Shown here one piece after another: positions 29,244 through 42,151 of a stretch of 64,000 bases of DNA (position 1 is its first letter; each line of letters begins with the position of its first letter). The notes beneath the pieces are model-generated. The model did not search any database. It had not been told where the DNA came from and saw only the letters and a program-made list of their open reading frames with translations. A program made the position numbers and the translations under genes. Source of the DNA: Bacteroides sp. (lineage in GTDB: Bacteria > Bacteroidota > Bacteroidia > Bacteroidales > Bacteroidaceae); the NCBI GenBank assembly GCA_017471925.1, contig JAFURM010000008.1, positions 14,861 through 78,860 on the forward strand, given 5' to 3'.

Positions 29244-31931
29244 ATGACCATCCGACCTTTCCTCTCCATGCTGCTCGGTGCCCTGCTATGGACATCGTGC
29301 AGCCATACACCCGCCGACACCGACACCCTGCCCACCCTGAAAGAGGCTTTCGGCGACAAGTTCCTGGTGGGCGTAGCCCTGAACACCAACCAAGTAGCCG
29401 GACATGACTCCATCGGTGCAGCCATAGCCCGTCGCCACTTCAACTCCATCGTGGCCGAAAACTGCATGAAGTGTGAGCTCATCCATCCCGAAGAGGAACG
29501 CTATGATTTCACGTCGGCCGACTCGTTCGTAGCCTTCGGCGAGGCAAACGGCATGACCGTCATCGGTCACTGCCTCATCTGGCACTCCCAGTGCGCACCC
29601 TGGTTCTTCGTGGACAAGGAGGGACGGCAAGTGAGTGCCGAGGTGCTGAAGCAACGCATGAAGAGCCACATACACACCATCATGACCCGCTACAAAGGGC
29701 GCATACACGGTTGGGACGTGGTGAACGAAGCTGTGGTGGAAGACGGTTCCTACCGCAAGAGCAAGTTCTATGAAATTCTGGGCGAAGAGTATATTCCCCT
29801 CGCCTTCCAGTATGCCCACGAAGCCGACCCCGATGCAGAGCTCTACCTGAACGACTATGGCATGAACGCGCCGGGACGACGGGAGACCTACGTGCGCATC
29901 ATCAATGACCTGAAGCAACGTGGCCTGCGCATCGACGCCATCGGCATGCAGGGTCACATGGGCATGGACTATCCCGACCTCCGTCAGTTCGAGGAGAGCC
30001 TGGAAGCCTATGCAGGAACAGGCATCCAGGTGATGATAACGGAATGGGAGATGAGTGCCCTGCCTACCGTGCGACAAACGGCTAACATCAGCGACACCGT
30101 GGCCTTCCTGAAGGCGATGAATCCCTATCCCGATGCCCTGCCCGACTCGGTGTCCAAGGTGTGGAACGCCCGCATGGAGGGCTTCTTCCACCTGTTCCTG
30201 AAACATGCCGACGTCATCAGCCGCGTCACGGTGTGGGGCGTGAGCGACGGCGACTCCTGGAAGAACGACTTCCCCATGAAGGGGCGCAAAGAGTATCCCC
30301 TGCTCTTCGACCGCAACTACGAGCTGAAGCCCTTCCTGAAGAAACTGCTCTCTCCCAAGACCGCCCGCTTTGACCGGTTTGTCTACAGCGTGGAGGAAGA
30401 GGAGGAGGGCACGGCCGAGAGCCAAGGCATCAACAATCCGCTGCTGCCGGGCTGCTATCCCGACCCCAGCATCTGCCGCGTGGGCAACGACTATTACTTG
30501 GTGAACTCCAGCTTCGCCTATTATCCCGCCATCCCCATCTGGCACAGCACCGATCTGAAGAGCTGGAAGCAGCTGGGCTACGTGCTGAACCGTCCCGAAC
30601 AGCTGACGCTGAAGGAGGGACTGCGGATGAGCGGCGGCATCTATGCCCCCGACATCAAGTACAATCCCCACAACGGCCTGTTCTATGTGATAACCACCGA
30701 CGTGGACGGTGGCGGCAACTTCTTCGTCACGACCGACGACCCCAAGAAAGGGGAATGGAGCAACCCCACCTTCCTGCCCCAAGTGGGCGGCATCGACCCG
30801 GGCCTGCTGTTTGATGAAGACGGCAAAGCCTACATCGTGAACAACGACGCACCTGCCGGCGAACCCGAATACAACGGCCATCGGGCCATCTGGATTCGCG
30901 AGTTCGACTGGAAGAGCGGAACGACCAAGGGCAGCGCCAAGGTATTGGTGGACGGCGGTGTGGACAAGGCCGAACAGCCCTCCTGGATAGAAGGCCCCCA
31001 CCTGTATCACATTGATGGCGACTACTTCCTGATGTGTGCCGAGGGGGGTACGGGCGACGAACACCGTGAGGTCATCTTCAAGTCCTCCTCGCCCTGGGGA
31101 CCTTTCAAGCCCTGTAGCATCAACCCCATCCTGACGCAGATGGACCAGGCGGCCGACCGCCCCAACCCCGTGACCTGCACCGGTCATGCCGACCTCGTAC
31201 AGAGCCCCGACGGACAGTGGTACAGCGTCTTCCTCGGCGTGCGTCCCTACCGCAACGGCCATGACGTGATGGGGCGCGAGACCTTCCTGCTCCCCGTCAG
31301 CTGGCAGGAGGGACAGCCCGTCATCCTGAAGGCCGGCGAGACCCTGACCTACGGCCGGCACGACATGGCCCCTACCCCACTCTGGACCGCCCAAGGATTA
31401 AGTCCCGAAGCCTTCTTCATCCGCACCCCGTCACACCGGTGGTACACCATCCATCCTGACGGCTCGCTCTCCCTGCAGGCCCGCAACGTGAAGCTGAACG
31501 AATGGAAGCAGCCCTCCGCCATAGGCCGCTGGGTGACCAGCAAGCACCTCCAGGCAGAGACCGCCCTGGCCTTCCGTCCCGAGTCACAGGAAGAGTTTGC
31601 CGGCCTCATCCTCTTCCAGAACGACGGCTGCAACATCCTGTGCGGCAAGACGACCGACCAGGAGGGCAACCCCTGCCTGAAACTGCAGGCCTACCGTAAG
31701 GGCAAGCTCCACTCCACGGCCACCGTAGCCCTGAGCGAGAAGGAGAACCGGGAGACCATCCACCTGAAAGTGAAGGGAGACAAGGAGGCCAACTACACCT
31801 TTGCCTACTCCTTCTCACCCGATGACGAATGGATAACCATCGGACAGCCACTCTCCGCCGACCTTCTGAGCACACGCACCGCTGGCGGATTCACAGGCAC
31901 CATGGTGGGCATCTATGCCACGGGCGAATAG
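29244..31931 (+). CDS. GH10 xylanase - GH43 fusion lipoprotein
   Basis: Lipobox WTSC; GH10 ENCMK, WDVVNE, MITEW; GH43 [29 protein letters not shown]; C-terminal beta-sandwich GGFTG. Confidence 0.9.
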   Translation: MTIRPFLSMLLGALLWTSCSHTPADTDTLPTLKEAFGDKFLVGVALNTNQVAGHDSIGAAIARRHFNSIVAENCMKCELIHPEEERYDFTSADSFVAFGEANGMTVIGHCLIWHSQCAPWFFVDKEGRQVSAEVLKQRMKSHIHTIMTRYKGRIHGWDVVNEAVVEDGSYRKSKFYEILGEEYIPLAFQYAHEADPDAELYLNDYGMNAPGRRETYVRIINDLKQRGLRIDAIGMQGHMGMDYPDLRQFEESLEAYAGTGIQVMITEWEMSALPTVRQTANISDTVAFLKAMNPYPDALPDSVSKVWNARMEGFFHLFLKHADVISRVTVWGVSDGDSWKNDFPMKGRKEYPLLFDRNYELKPFLKKLLSPKTARFDRFVYSVEEEEEGTAESQGINNPLLPGCYPDPSICRVGNDYYLVNSSFAYYPAIPIWHSTDLKSWKQLGYVLNRPEQLTLKEGLRMSGGIYAPDIKYNPHNGLFYVITTDVDGGGNFFVTTDDPKKGEWSNPTFLPQVGGIDPGLLFDEDGKAYIVNNDAPAGEPEYNGHRAIWIREFDWKSGTTKGSAKVLVDGGVDKAEQPSWIEGPHLYHIDGDYFLMCAEGGTGDEHREVIFKSSSPWGPFKPCSINPILTQMDQAADRPNPVTCTGHADLVQSPDGQWYSVFLGVRPYRNGHDVMGRETFLLPVSWQEGQPVILKAGETLTYGRHDMAPTPLWTAQGLSPEAFFIRTPSHRWYTIHPDGSLSLQARNVKLNEWKQPSAIGRWVTSKHLQAETALAFRPESQEEFAGLILFQNDGCNILCGKTTDQEGNPCLKLQAYRKGKLHSTATVALSEKENRETIHLKVKGDKEANYTFAYSFSPDDEWITIGQPLSADLLSTRTAGGFTGTMVGIYATGE

Positions 31932-31984
31932 AACGTTCCCAACCCGACAGAAACAAGACATTAACCCCATAATCATCAGTTCAT

Positions 31985-32962
31985 ATGAAAAAGGAAATGA
32001 GATACCTCGTACCGGGCGACTATATGGCCGACCCCTCCGTACACGTCTTCAACGGCAAACTTTACATCTACCCCAGTCATGACTGGGAAAGCGGCATACC
32101 CGAAAACGACAACGGCGACCACTTCAACATGAAGGACTATCACGTCTTCTCCACCGAAGACCCCATGCAAGGGGAGATTGTGGACCACGGCATGGTGCTG
32201 GACACCAAAGACATTCCTTGGGCCGGACGCCAGCTCTGGGACTGTGACGTGGCCGAAAAGGAGGGCAAGTATTACATGTACTTCCCGTTGAAGGACCAGA
32301 ACGACATCTTCCGCCTCGGCGTAGCCATAGCCGACAATCCGGCCGGCCCGTTCATACCCCAGCCCGACCCCATGAAGGGAAGCTACAGCATAGACCCGGC
32401 CGTACTGAAGGATGACGACGGTGCCTACTACCTCTACTTCGGTGGCCTGTGGGGCGGACAGTTGCAACGCTACCGCGACAACAAGGCCTTAGAGAGTGCC
32501 GACCTGGGACAGGCTGACGAGCCTGCCATCCCTGCACGAGTGGTCCGCCTGAGCGACGACATGCTGGAGTTTGCCGAAACACCGCGCCCCGTAGTCATCC
32601 TGGACGAAACGGGCCAACCGCTGAAGGTGGGCGACAACATGCGACGCTTCTTCGAAGCCAGCTGGATGCACAAGTATAACGGCAAGTACTACTTCTCCTA
32701 CTCCACCGGCGACACCCACCGCCTCTGCTATGCCATCGGAGACAGCCCCTATGGTCCCTTCACCTACCAAGGCGTGATACTCACCCCCGTCGTAGGATGG
32801 ACCACGCACCACAGCATTGTGGAGTACAAAGGGAAATGGTATCTGTTCCACCACGACAGTGTGCCCAGCGGCGGACGCACCTGGCTGCGCAGCCTGAAAG
32901 TGTGTGAACTGGAATATGACGAACAAGGACACATCCTGACCATCGATGGTGGAGGAGAATAA
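31985..32962 (+). CDS. Cytoplasmic GH43 beta-xylosidase/arabinosidase (GH43_1-like)
   Basis: ADPSVH..IYPSHD, SIDPAV, FFEASW, WTTHHS; no signal peptide. Confidence 0.9.
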   Translation: MKKEMRYLVPGDYMADPSVHVFNGKLYIYPSHDWESGIPENDNGDHFNMKDYHVFSTEDPMQGEIVDHGMVLDTKDIPWAGRQLWDCDVAEKEGKYYMYFPLKDQNDIFRLGVAIADNPAGPFIPQPDPMKGSYSIDPAVLKDDDGAYYLYFGGLWGGQLQRYRDNKALESADLGQADEPAIPARVVRLSDDMLEFAETPRPVVILDETGQPLKVGDNMRRFFEASWMHKYNGKYYFSYSTGDTHRLCYAIGDSPYGPFTYQGVILTPVVGWTTHHSIVEYKGKWYLFHHDSVPSGGRTWLRSLKVCELEYDEQGHILTIDGGGE

Positions 32963-32977
32963 AACGACCCTAAAGCT

Positions 32978-35023
32978 ATGAACATCCGAACAACCCTCTT
33001 GCTTCCGCTCCTCCTGTGCTGCTGCCTGACGGCCAAGGCCGAGGAGGGAAGCCGCCTGTGGTTGCGCCAAGCCACGGGAGCAGAAGCCCAAGTGACCGCC
33101 CCTCGTGGAGGAGCCACCCTGCAAACTGCCACGCACGAACTGCGCGAAGCCTGGAAAGGCCAGCCCATTACGCTCCGACTGAAGAAGGACAAGTTTCTGG
33201 GCAGCGAAGGATTCCGCATCACTCCCCTGGCCGACAGGCTGGAACTGACAGCCGCTACCGAAAGAGGGTTGCTCTATGGGGCCTATCACCTGCTTCGTCT
33301 GCAGGAGAGCAACGGCGGCCATGCCTTTACGCCACAGCAAGAGATAACCGAGGTGCCGGCCTATGACCTGCGCATCCTGAACCATTGGGACAATATCGAC
33401 GGCACCGTGGAGCGCGGCTATGCCGGCAGTTCCCTGTGGGATTGGGAGAGCCTGCCCGAGCAGGGGAGTGACCGCTATGAAGCCTATGCCCGTGCCAATG
33501 CCTCCATCGGCATCAACGGCACAGTGCTGAACAATGTCAACGCCTCGCCACGCATCCTCAGCCGGAGCTACATAGAGAAGGTGAAGGCACTGGCCGACGT
33601 GTTCCGCCCCTACGGGCTGCGCGTCTACCTGTCGGTGAACTTCGCTTCGCCCATGGCGTTGGACAGCCTGCCCACCGCCGACCCTGCCGACAAGGCTGTG
33701 GCCCGCTGGTGGAAGAACAAGGTGAAGGAGATATACCGCCTGATACCCGACTTCGGCGGTTTCCTCGTGAAGGCCAACAGCGAGGGTCAGCCCGGACCGT
33801 GCGACTACGGACGCACCCATGCCGAGGGGGCCAACATGCTGGCCGATGCCCTGGCACCTCATGGCGGCATCGTGATGTGGCGGGCATTCGTCTACAGCCC
33901 TGGCGATGCCGACCGCGCCAAGCAAGCCTATATAGAGTTCAAGCCCTTAGACGGCAAGTTCCGGAAGAACGTCATCGTACAGGTGAAGAACGGTCCCGTG
34001 GACTTCCAGCCCCGCGAACCCTACAGTCCCCTCTTCGGAGCCATGCAGCAGACACCGCTCATGGCCGAACTGCAAATCACGCAGGAATACCTGGGCCACG
34101 CCAACCACGTTGCCTACCTGGCCCCCATGTGGAAGGAGTTCTTCCAATACGTGCCGCCCACCTCTCTGCGGGCCATCGCCGGCGTGAGCAACATCGGCAA
34201 CAGCCCGAACTGGTGTGGGCACCCCCTGGCACAGAGCAACTGGTATGCCTTCGGCCGTCTGGCCTGGAACCCTGCCCTATCGGCAGAAGCCATCGCCGAC
34301 GAATGGCTGGTACAGACGTTCCGTTCACTGGAGCGGCAAGAAACCTCCGGAGTTGACGAACAAGCGGCCTACAAGGCCATGAAGCAGATTCTTATGGAGA
34401 GTCGGGAAGCGGTCGTGAACTACATGATGCCCTTAGGGTTGCACCACCTCTTTGCCTGGGGACACCACTATGGACCCGAACCGTGGTGTGACATACCGGG
34501 CGCACGCCCCGACTGGATGCCCTCCTACTATCACAAGGCCGACAAGGAGGGCATCGGCTTCGACCGTAGCAGCAGGGGAAGCAATGCCGTGGCACAATAT
34601 CCCGACTCGCTGGCCCGCCTGTTAGACGATGCCTACAGCTGTCCCGAACAGTTCCTCCTGTGGTTCCACCACCTGCCCTGGAACCATCCGATGCAGAGCG
34701 GCAACAGCCTGTGGGAGGAGTTGTGCCGCCACTACAGTCTCGGTGTAAGGGAGGTGCGCAAGTTCCAGCAACTGTGGGACAGGGCCCGCCCCTACATAGA
34801 CGAGGAGCGTTTCCTGCTTGTGCAGTCGCTGCTGAAGATTCAGGTGCGCGATGCCGTCTGGTGGAAAGATGCCTGCCTGCTCTATTTCCAGGAGCTGTCG
34901 GGCCTACCCTTCCCCGACGAAATGGAGCGGCCCATCCACACGCTGCCCCAACTGAAGCAGGTGAAGCTGGGCATCAGCAACTACGAATGTCCCGATGCCG
35001 AACTGCTTGACAGCCAGAGATAG
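32978..35023 (+). CDS. GH67 alpha-glucuronidase
   Basis: LNHWDN, ERGYAG, NNVNA, KANSEGQPGP, KNGPVDFQPREP, ELQITQEYLG. Confidence 0.93.
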   Translation: MNIRTTLLLPLLLCCCLTAKAEEGSRLWLRQATGAEAQVTAPRGGATLQTATHELREAWKGQPITLRLKKDKFLGSEGFRITPLADRLELTAATERGLLYGAYHLLRLQESNGGHAFTPQQEITEVPAYDLRILNHWDNIDGTVERGYAGSSLWDWESLPEQGSDRYEAYARANASIGINGTVLNNVNASPRILSRSYIEKVKALADVFRPYGLRVYLSVNFASPMALDSLPTADPADKAVARWWKNKVKEIYRLIPDFGGFLVKANSEGQPGPCDYGRTHAEGANMLADALAPHGGIVMWRAFVYSPGDADRAKQAYIEFKPLDGKFRKNVIVQVKNGPVDFQPREPYSPLFGAMQQTPLMAELQITQEYLGHANHVAYLAPMWKEFFQYVPPTSLRAIAGVSNIGNSPNWCGHPLAQSNWYAFGRLAWNPALSAEAIADEWLVQTFRSLERQETSGVDEQAAYKAMKQILMESREAVVNYMMPLGLHHLFAWGHHYGPEPWCDIPGARPDWMPSYYHKADKEGIGFDRSSRGSNAVAQYPDSLARLLDDAYSCPEQFLLWFHHLPWNHPMQSGNSLWEELCRHYSLGVREVRKFQQLWDRARPYIDEERFLLVQSLLKIQVRDAVWWKDACLLYFQELSGLPFPDEMERPIHTLPQLKQVKLGISNYECPDAELLDSQR

Positions 35024-35035
35024 CCAGTGCCTTGA

Positions 35036-35278
35036 CTACGGCCGGCCCATGCCACCTCCCATACCGCCACCAGCACCGCCCGAGGCACTGCCCACGGTGG
35101 TGACCATAGCGGAGGTTGTGAAGGTATAGGCTTGCGTGCCAGCAGTATAGTTACCGCCGAAGCCATTGTCCGGCATCCCGCCCCAGTCCGTCATGGGGTC
35201 TGTGCTGCAAGAGAGGCAGAGCAACAGGAGCATCCCCGTCCCTGCCAGATAGTTCCAAGTCTTCATTTCTTTCCGCAT
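35036..35278 (-). pseudogene. Probable internally deleted lipoprotein remnant (signal peptide joined directly to a Gly-rich C-terminal tail)
   Basis: 80 aa: lipobox CLSC, then ..YTFTTSAMVTTVG..GGGMGGGMGRP, resembling the two ends of long Cthe_2159/DUF4353-type lipoproteins. Confidence 0.5.
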
Positions 35279-35316
35279 ACTTATAACGTTTGACTATACC
35301 TTCTTCGATAGGGGTA

Positions 35317-35384
35317 CAAATGTAACGGCCCTCCACACGAGAAAGAAAAAGATTAGACTAACCGCTCCTTTTTGCCGACGAACC
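35317..35384 (-). promoter_or_regulatory. Promoter with LytTR-like direct repeat upstream of the lipoprotein remnant
   Basis: TACATTTG -7 element (35317-35324); GGTTCGTC / GGTTAGTC repeats 21 bp apart (35377, 35356). Confidence 0.45.
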
Positions 35385-35438
35385 CTGCGCATGGCATTTT
35401 CCATACGCCATGCCCGTGACCTTCCGTGAAGCCACACC

Positions 35439-35472
35439 AAAAGAAGAGGGCGTACCCACAATAGGCACGCCC
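35439..35472 (-). terminator. Intrinsic terminator of the GH97 gene
   Basis: Minus strand GGGCGTGCCTA-ttg-TGGGTACGCCC-TCTTCTTTT. Confidence 0.75.
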
Positions 35473-35557
35473 CCGGTCGTTAATACCCAAAACAATAAAT
35501 GAAACCTTTTTACCTTAAATCGCTAGTTACCTTTTATTTCCTTTCAAGAGAATCAAA

Positions 35558-37924
<2,367 letters not shown>

Positions 37925-37944
37925 TTAAAAGATTAACCCCATAA

Positions 37945-39237
<1,293 letters not shown>

Positions 39238-39309
39238 TGCATACATCGCTATATATCAACAATTTACAGACAACCTAACAAACATTCTTTCTTAAATCAC
39301 TACAACGCC

Positions 39310-39445
39310 TAAGTGTTGAGCCGCTGAGCACCTCGGCGTTAAGCCGCTGAACACTCAAGTGCTCAGCGGCTGAGCTATATGACCACTCATTAGCGTAGTG
39401 GTGGCACCATTCATTGGCTGAGCGGGGGCACCGTTCAGCCAATGA
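39310..39445. repeat. ~22-bp periodic palindromic (REP-like) repeats
   Basis: Three variants of GTGYTSAGCSGCTGARCAC; inverted pair AGCCGCTGAGCAC (39319) / GTGCTCAGCGGCT (39359); further hairpin TCATTGGCTGA / TCAGCCAATGA. Confidence 0.7.
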
Positions 39446-39606
39446 GCACTTCGGCCTGCATCAATGGAGGGCCTGAACGCTTATGAGAACAGGGGATATA
39501 CCGTAAAAAAGGTACTATTTTCCGTAATTCCCATGAGGTTATTCTCGGAGGTATTGCCTATCTTTGCAGAAACAACAGATTGCAACAACCATTGAACATC
39601 CAATAT

Positions 39607-40545
39607 ATGAATACGGATAATAAAATCAGTCGTCGGGATGCCCTGAAGCGCATGGGAACTGCCGTCATCAGCAGTGTCGTCGCCTCCTCGGGCTTGCTCT
39701 CCCTGGTATCCTGCGAGGGAAAACGGAAGAAACGCATCATCCTGTATTTCACGGGTACGGGAAACTGTCTCTATGTGGCACGGCAGTTGGCAAACGAGAG
39801 TACGGAACTGCTGAGCATTCCGCAACTGATGAAGCTGAAGAAGCTTGAGATTGAAGCTGATGAAATCGGACTCGTCTATCCCATCTATGGACACATGCCG
39901 CCCTATATGGTCCGACTGTTCATACAGCAAGCCAAGCTGAAGGCCGGATACAAGTTTGCCATTCTCACTTACGGAGCAAGGAAGTGCGATGCCGTGGAGA
40001 TATGGGACGGCATTTCGCGGAAGGCCGGCCATGCGTTCGATTACATCAACACGCTAATCATGGTGGACAACTGGCTGCCGAACTTCGACATGAACGAGCA
40101 GATACTGATGGACAAACATATTCCGGAAAACCTGCAAAGGATATCCGCAGACCTTGCCGAGCAAAAGCATTGGCATGAACCGGTGACTGAAGAAGAACGG
40201 AGAATGCACCAAGGATTCATGGCATATACGGGGCTGAATCCCGAAACAGGCTTCCTGATGAGGAGCGAGAAGTATTTCACCGTGACCGACACCTGCATAG
40301 GGTGCGGCGCTTGCGTTTCCGTCTGTCCGCGCGGCAACTACAAACTGATCTCACAGGGTGTGAAGATGCGGGGCGACTGCGAGTTCTGTTTTGCATGCAT
40401 ACAGAACTGTCCGCAAAAATCCATCCGGTTTGCCAAAAACGAGAGCGACCCGCTGTTGGGACGCGGTGAAGTGAATCCCAACGCACGCTACCGCAACGAA
40501 CACATTTCGCTGATGGACATCAAGCGGGCAAACAATCAGTTCTAA
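39607..40545 (+). CDS. EFR1-type flavodoxin-like / 2[4Fe-4S] ferredoxin protein with Tat-like lipoprotein signal
   Basis: ISRRDALK..LVSC, YFTGTGNC, CIGCGACVSVCP, CEFCFACIQNCP; TATCTTTG promoter at 39559-39566. Confidence 0.85.
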   Translation: MNTDNKISRRDALKRMGTAVISSVVASSGLLSLVSCEGKRKKRIILYFTGTGNCLYVARQLANESTELLSIPQLMKLKKLEIEADEIGLVYPIYGHMPPYMVRLFIQQAKLKAGYKFAILTYGARKCDAVEIWDGISRKAGHAFDYINTLIMVDNWLPNFDMNEQILMDKHIPENLQRISADLAEQKHWHEPVTEEERRMHQGFMAYTGLNPETGFLMRSEKYFTVTDTCIGCGACVSVCPRGNYKLISQGVKMRGDCEFCFACIQNCPQKSIRFAKNESDPLLGRGEVNPNARYRNEHISLMDIKRANNQF

Positions 40546-40709
40546 CCATCAGAAAAGAGCTTTTCAGGGAACATATCTTCGTGGGCATTTGAACCTATGT
40601 CGTGTCATTTTATCCGTATCATCCGAGCCTAAAAGGATATTTCAGCATATTGTTGGATTCGTGATATAAAAGCCATATCTTTGCCCAATATTCCGTTTAC
40701 GAAACGATT

Positions 40710-41054
40710 ATGGCAACCAATAAAGACTTGGCACAATACATAGCCGACCAAATGTCGCGCGCCGGCGAAGTAACACTGAAACGAATATTCGGCGAGTATG
40801 GACTGTATCTCAACGGGAAGTTCTTCGCCATGGTGTGCGATGACCGTCTGCTGTTCAAGCCCACCGAGGCGGGCAGGCAGTTGTTGGGCACCCCCGTCCT
40901 ACGCGAGCCATACCCCGGTGCCAAACCCTGCTTCTACGTGGAGAACGTAGACGACCACGAGCTACTCACCGCCCTGGCCGTCGCTACTTGCAGGGAACTT
41001 CCGGAAGGAAAGAAACGGAAAACAGCCACATTGCAAAGCGGTGGACAATGCTAA
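40710..41054 (+). CDS. TfoX/Sxy N-terminal domain protein
   Basis: KRIFGEYGLY..FAMVCDDRLLFKPT..PYPGAKP; TATCTTTG promoter at 40676-40683. Confidence 0.85.
   Translation: MATNKDLAQYIADQMSRAGEVTLKRIFGEYGLYLNGKFFAMVCDDRLLFKPTEAGRQLLGTPVLREPYPGAKPCFYVENVDDHELLTALAVATCRELPEGKKRKTATLQSGGQC
40714..40736 (+). repeat. 23-bp direct repeat, copy 1
   Basis: CAACCAATAAAGACTTGGCACAA, identical to 42129-42151. Confidence 0.95.
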
Positions 41055-41073
41055 GGAAGCCCCAAAGAAAACA

Positions 41074-42138
41074 ATGATAGAACTAACCTCGGAACAAATA
41101 GAAGCGAAAAAACGCTTCGCCGGTAAAGCTGTCCCGTCGATGAAACGCCGTCGTGAAAGACACGACTATGAAGCCCGTCGAATGTACCTCATCACGATGA
41201 CGGTAGAGGGGCGACGTCCCTTGTTTGGACAGCTAGCAGGAAATCCCGAGGTGCCTCATGGCGAGCCTGACGCTCCACGTCTCCTGCTCTCTCCCTTGGG
41301 CGAGGCCGTACAAAGGGAATGGATAGCCATCAGCACACACCGCCCCGAGATAAGCATCCTCGCACTTCAGCTTATGCCCGATCATCTGCATGGCATCCTC
41401 TTCGTTCGAAGCCGCATACCCTGCCACCTGGGGCAAGTAATAAAGGGCTTCAAGATAGCCACCAACCGAGCATACAGAGAACTCATAACAGGAACCAATC
41501 CTACTGTCGCAGCAAGCACCCCCTCCACCCGTCCGGTAAGCTGCGATTCAATCGCAGTTGAAACGAAAATCAACCGTAAGCACGGCCTCTTATGGAGCCC
41601 CGGCTACACCGACGGCATCCTGGCTCGGCGTGAGCAACTACAGCGATGGCAGGCCTACCTGCGCGACAACCCGCGCCGCCTGCTGGTAAAGCGCTTGCAT
41701 CCGGAGTTCTTCCGCATCCGACGGAACGTGCAGATAGGTACCTACACTTTCTCGGCCATCGGTAACCTATTCCTGCAGAAGCACCCCGTGAGGATACAAG
41801 TGCAGTGCTCGCGCCGACTGACCGAGCCCGCTATCCAGGAGCAAAAGGAGCATTTCCTCAGCCTTGCCCGCAGAGGAGCGGTATTGGTTTCTCCCTCCAT
41901 CTCTCCAGGGGAGAAAGCTGTGATGCGGGCTGCATTCGATGAGGGGTTGCCACTCATCCTCCTTCAGGAAAACGGCTTTGGTGAACTGGCCAAGCCCGGT
42001 GGTGCCAAATTTGACGCTTGTGCCGAGGGCCGCTTGCTCATTCTCGCTCCGTGGGAACATCATAACCAACATATAACTATCAGTCGCACCCAATGCCTCT
42101 CGCTGAACAAAATGGCGGAAGTAGTGTACAACCAATAA
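41074..42138 (+). CDS. HUH/Y1 (IS200/RAYT-like) transposase-related protein with C-terminal DprA/SLOG-like Rossmann domain
   Basis: RHDY..MYLITMT, MPDHLHGILF (HUH), GFK, LWSPGYTD, YLRDNP; C-terminus VLVSPSISPGEK..EGRLLILAPW; ORF could extend to GTG 41041. Confidence 0.75.
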   Translation: MIELTSEQIEAKKRFAGKAVPSMKRRRERHDYEARRMYLITMTVEGRRPLFGQLAGNPEVPHGEPDAPRLLLSPLGEAVQREWIAISTHRPEISILALQLMPDHLHGILFVRSRIPCHLGQVIKGFKIATNRAYRELITGTNPTVAASTPSTRPVSCDSIAVETKINRKHGLLWSPGYTDGILARREQLQRWQAYLRDNPRRLLVKRLHPEFFRIRRNVQIGTYTFSAIGNLFLQKHPVRIQVQCSRRLTEPAIQEQKEHFLSLARRGAVLVSPSISPGEKAVMRAAFDEGLPLILLQENGFGELAKPGGAKFDACAEGRLLILAPWEHHNQHITISRTQCLSLNKMAEVVYNQ

Positions 42139-42151
42139 AGACTTGGCACAA
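42129..42151 (+). repeat. 23-bp direct repeat, copy 2
   Basis: CAACCAATAAAGACTTGGCACAA; contains the transposase stop codon and abuts the next ATG. Confidence 0.95.
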
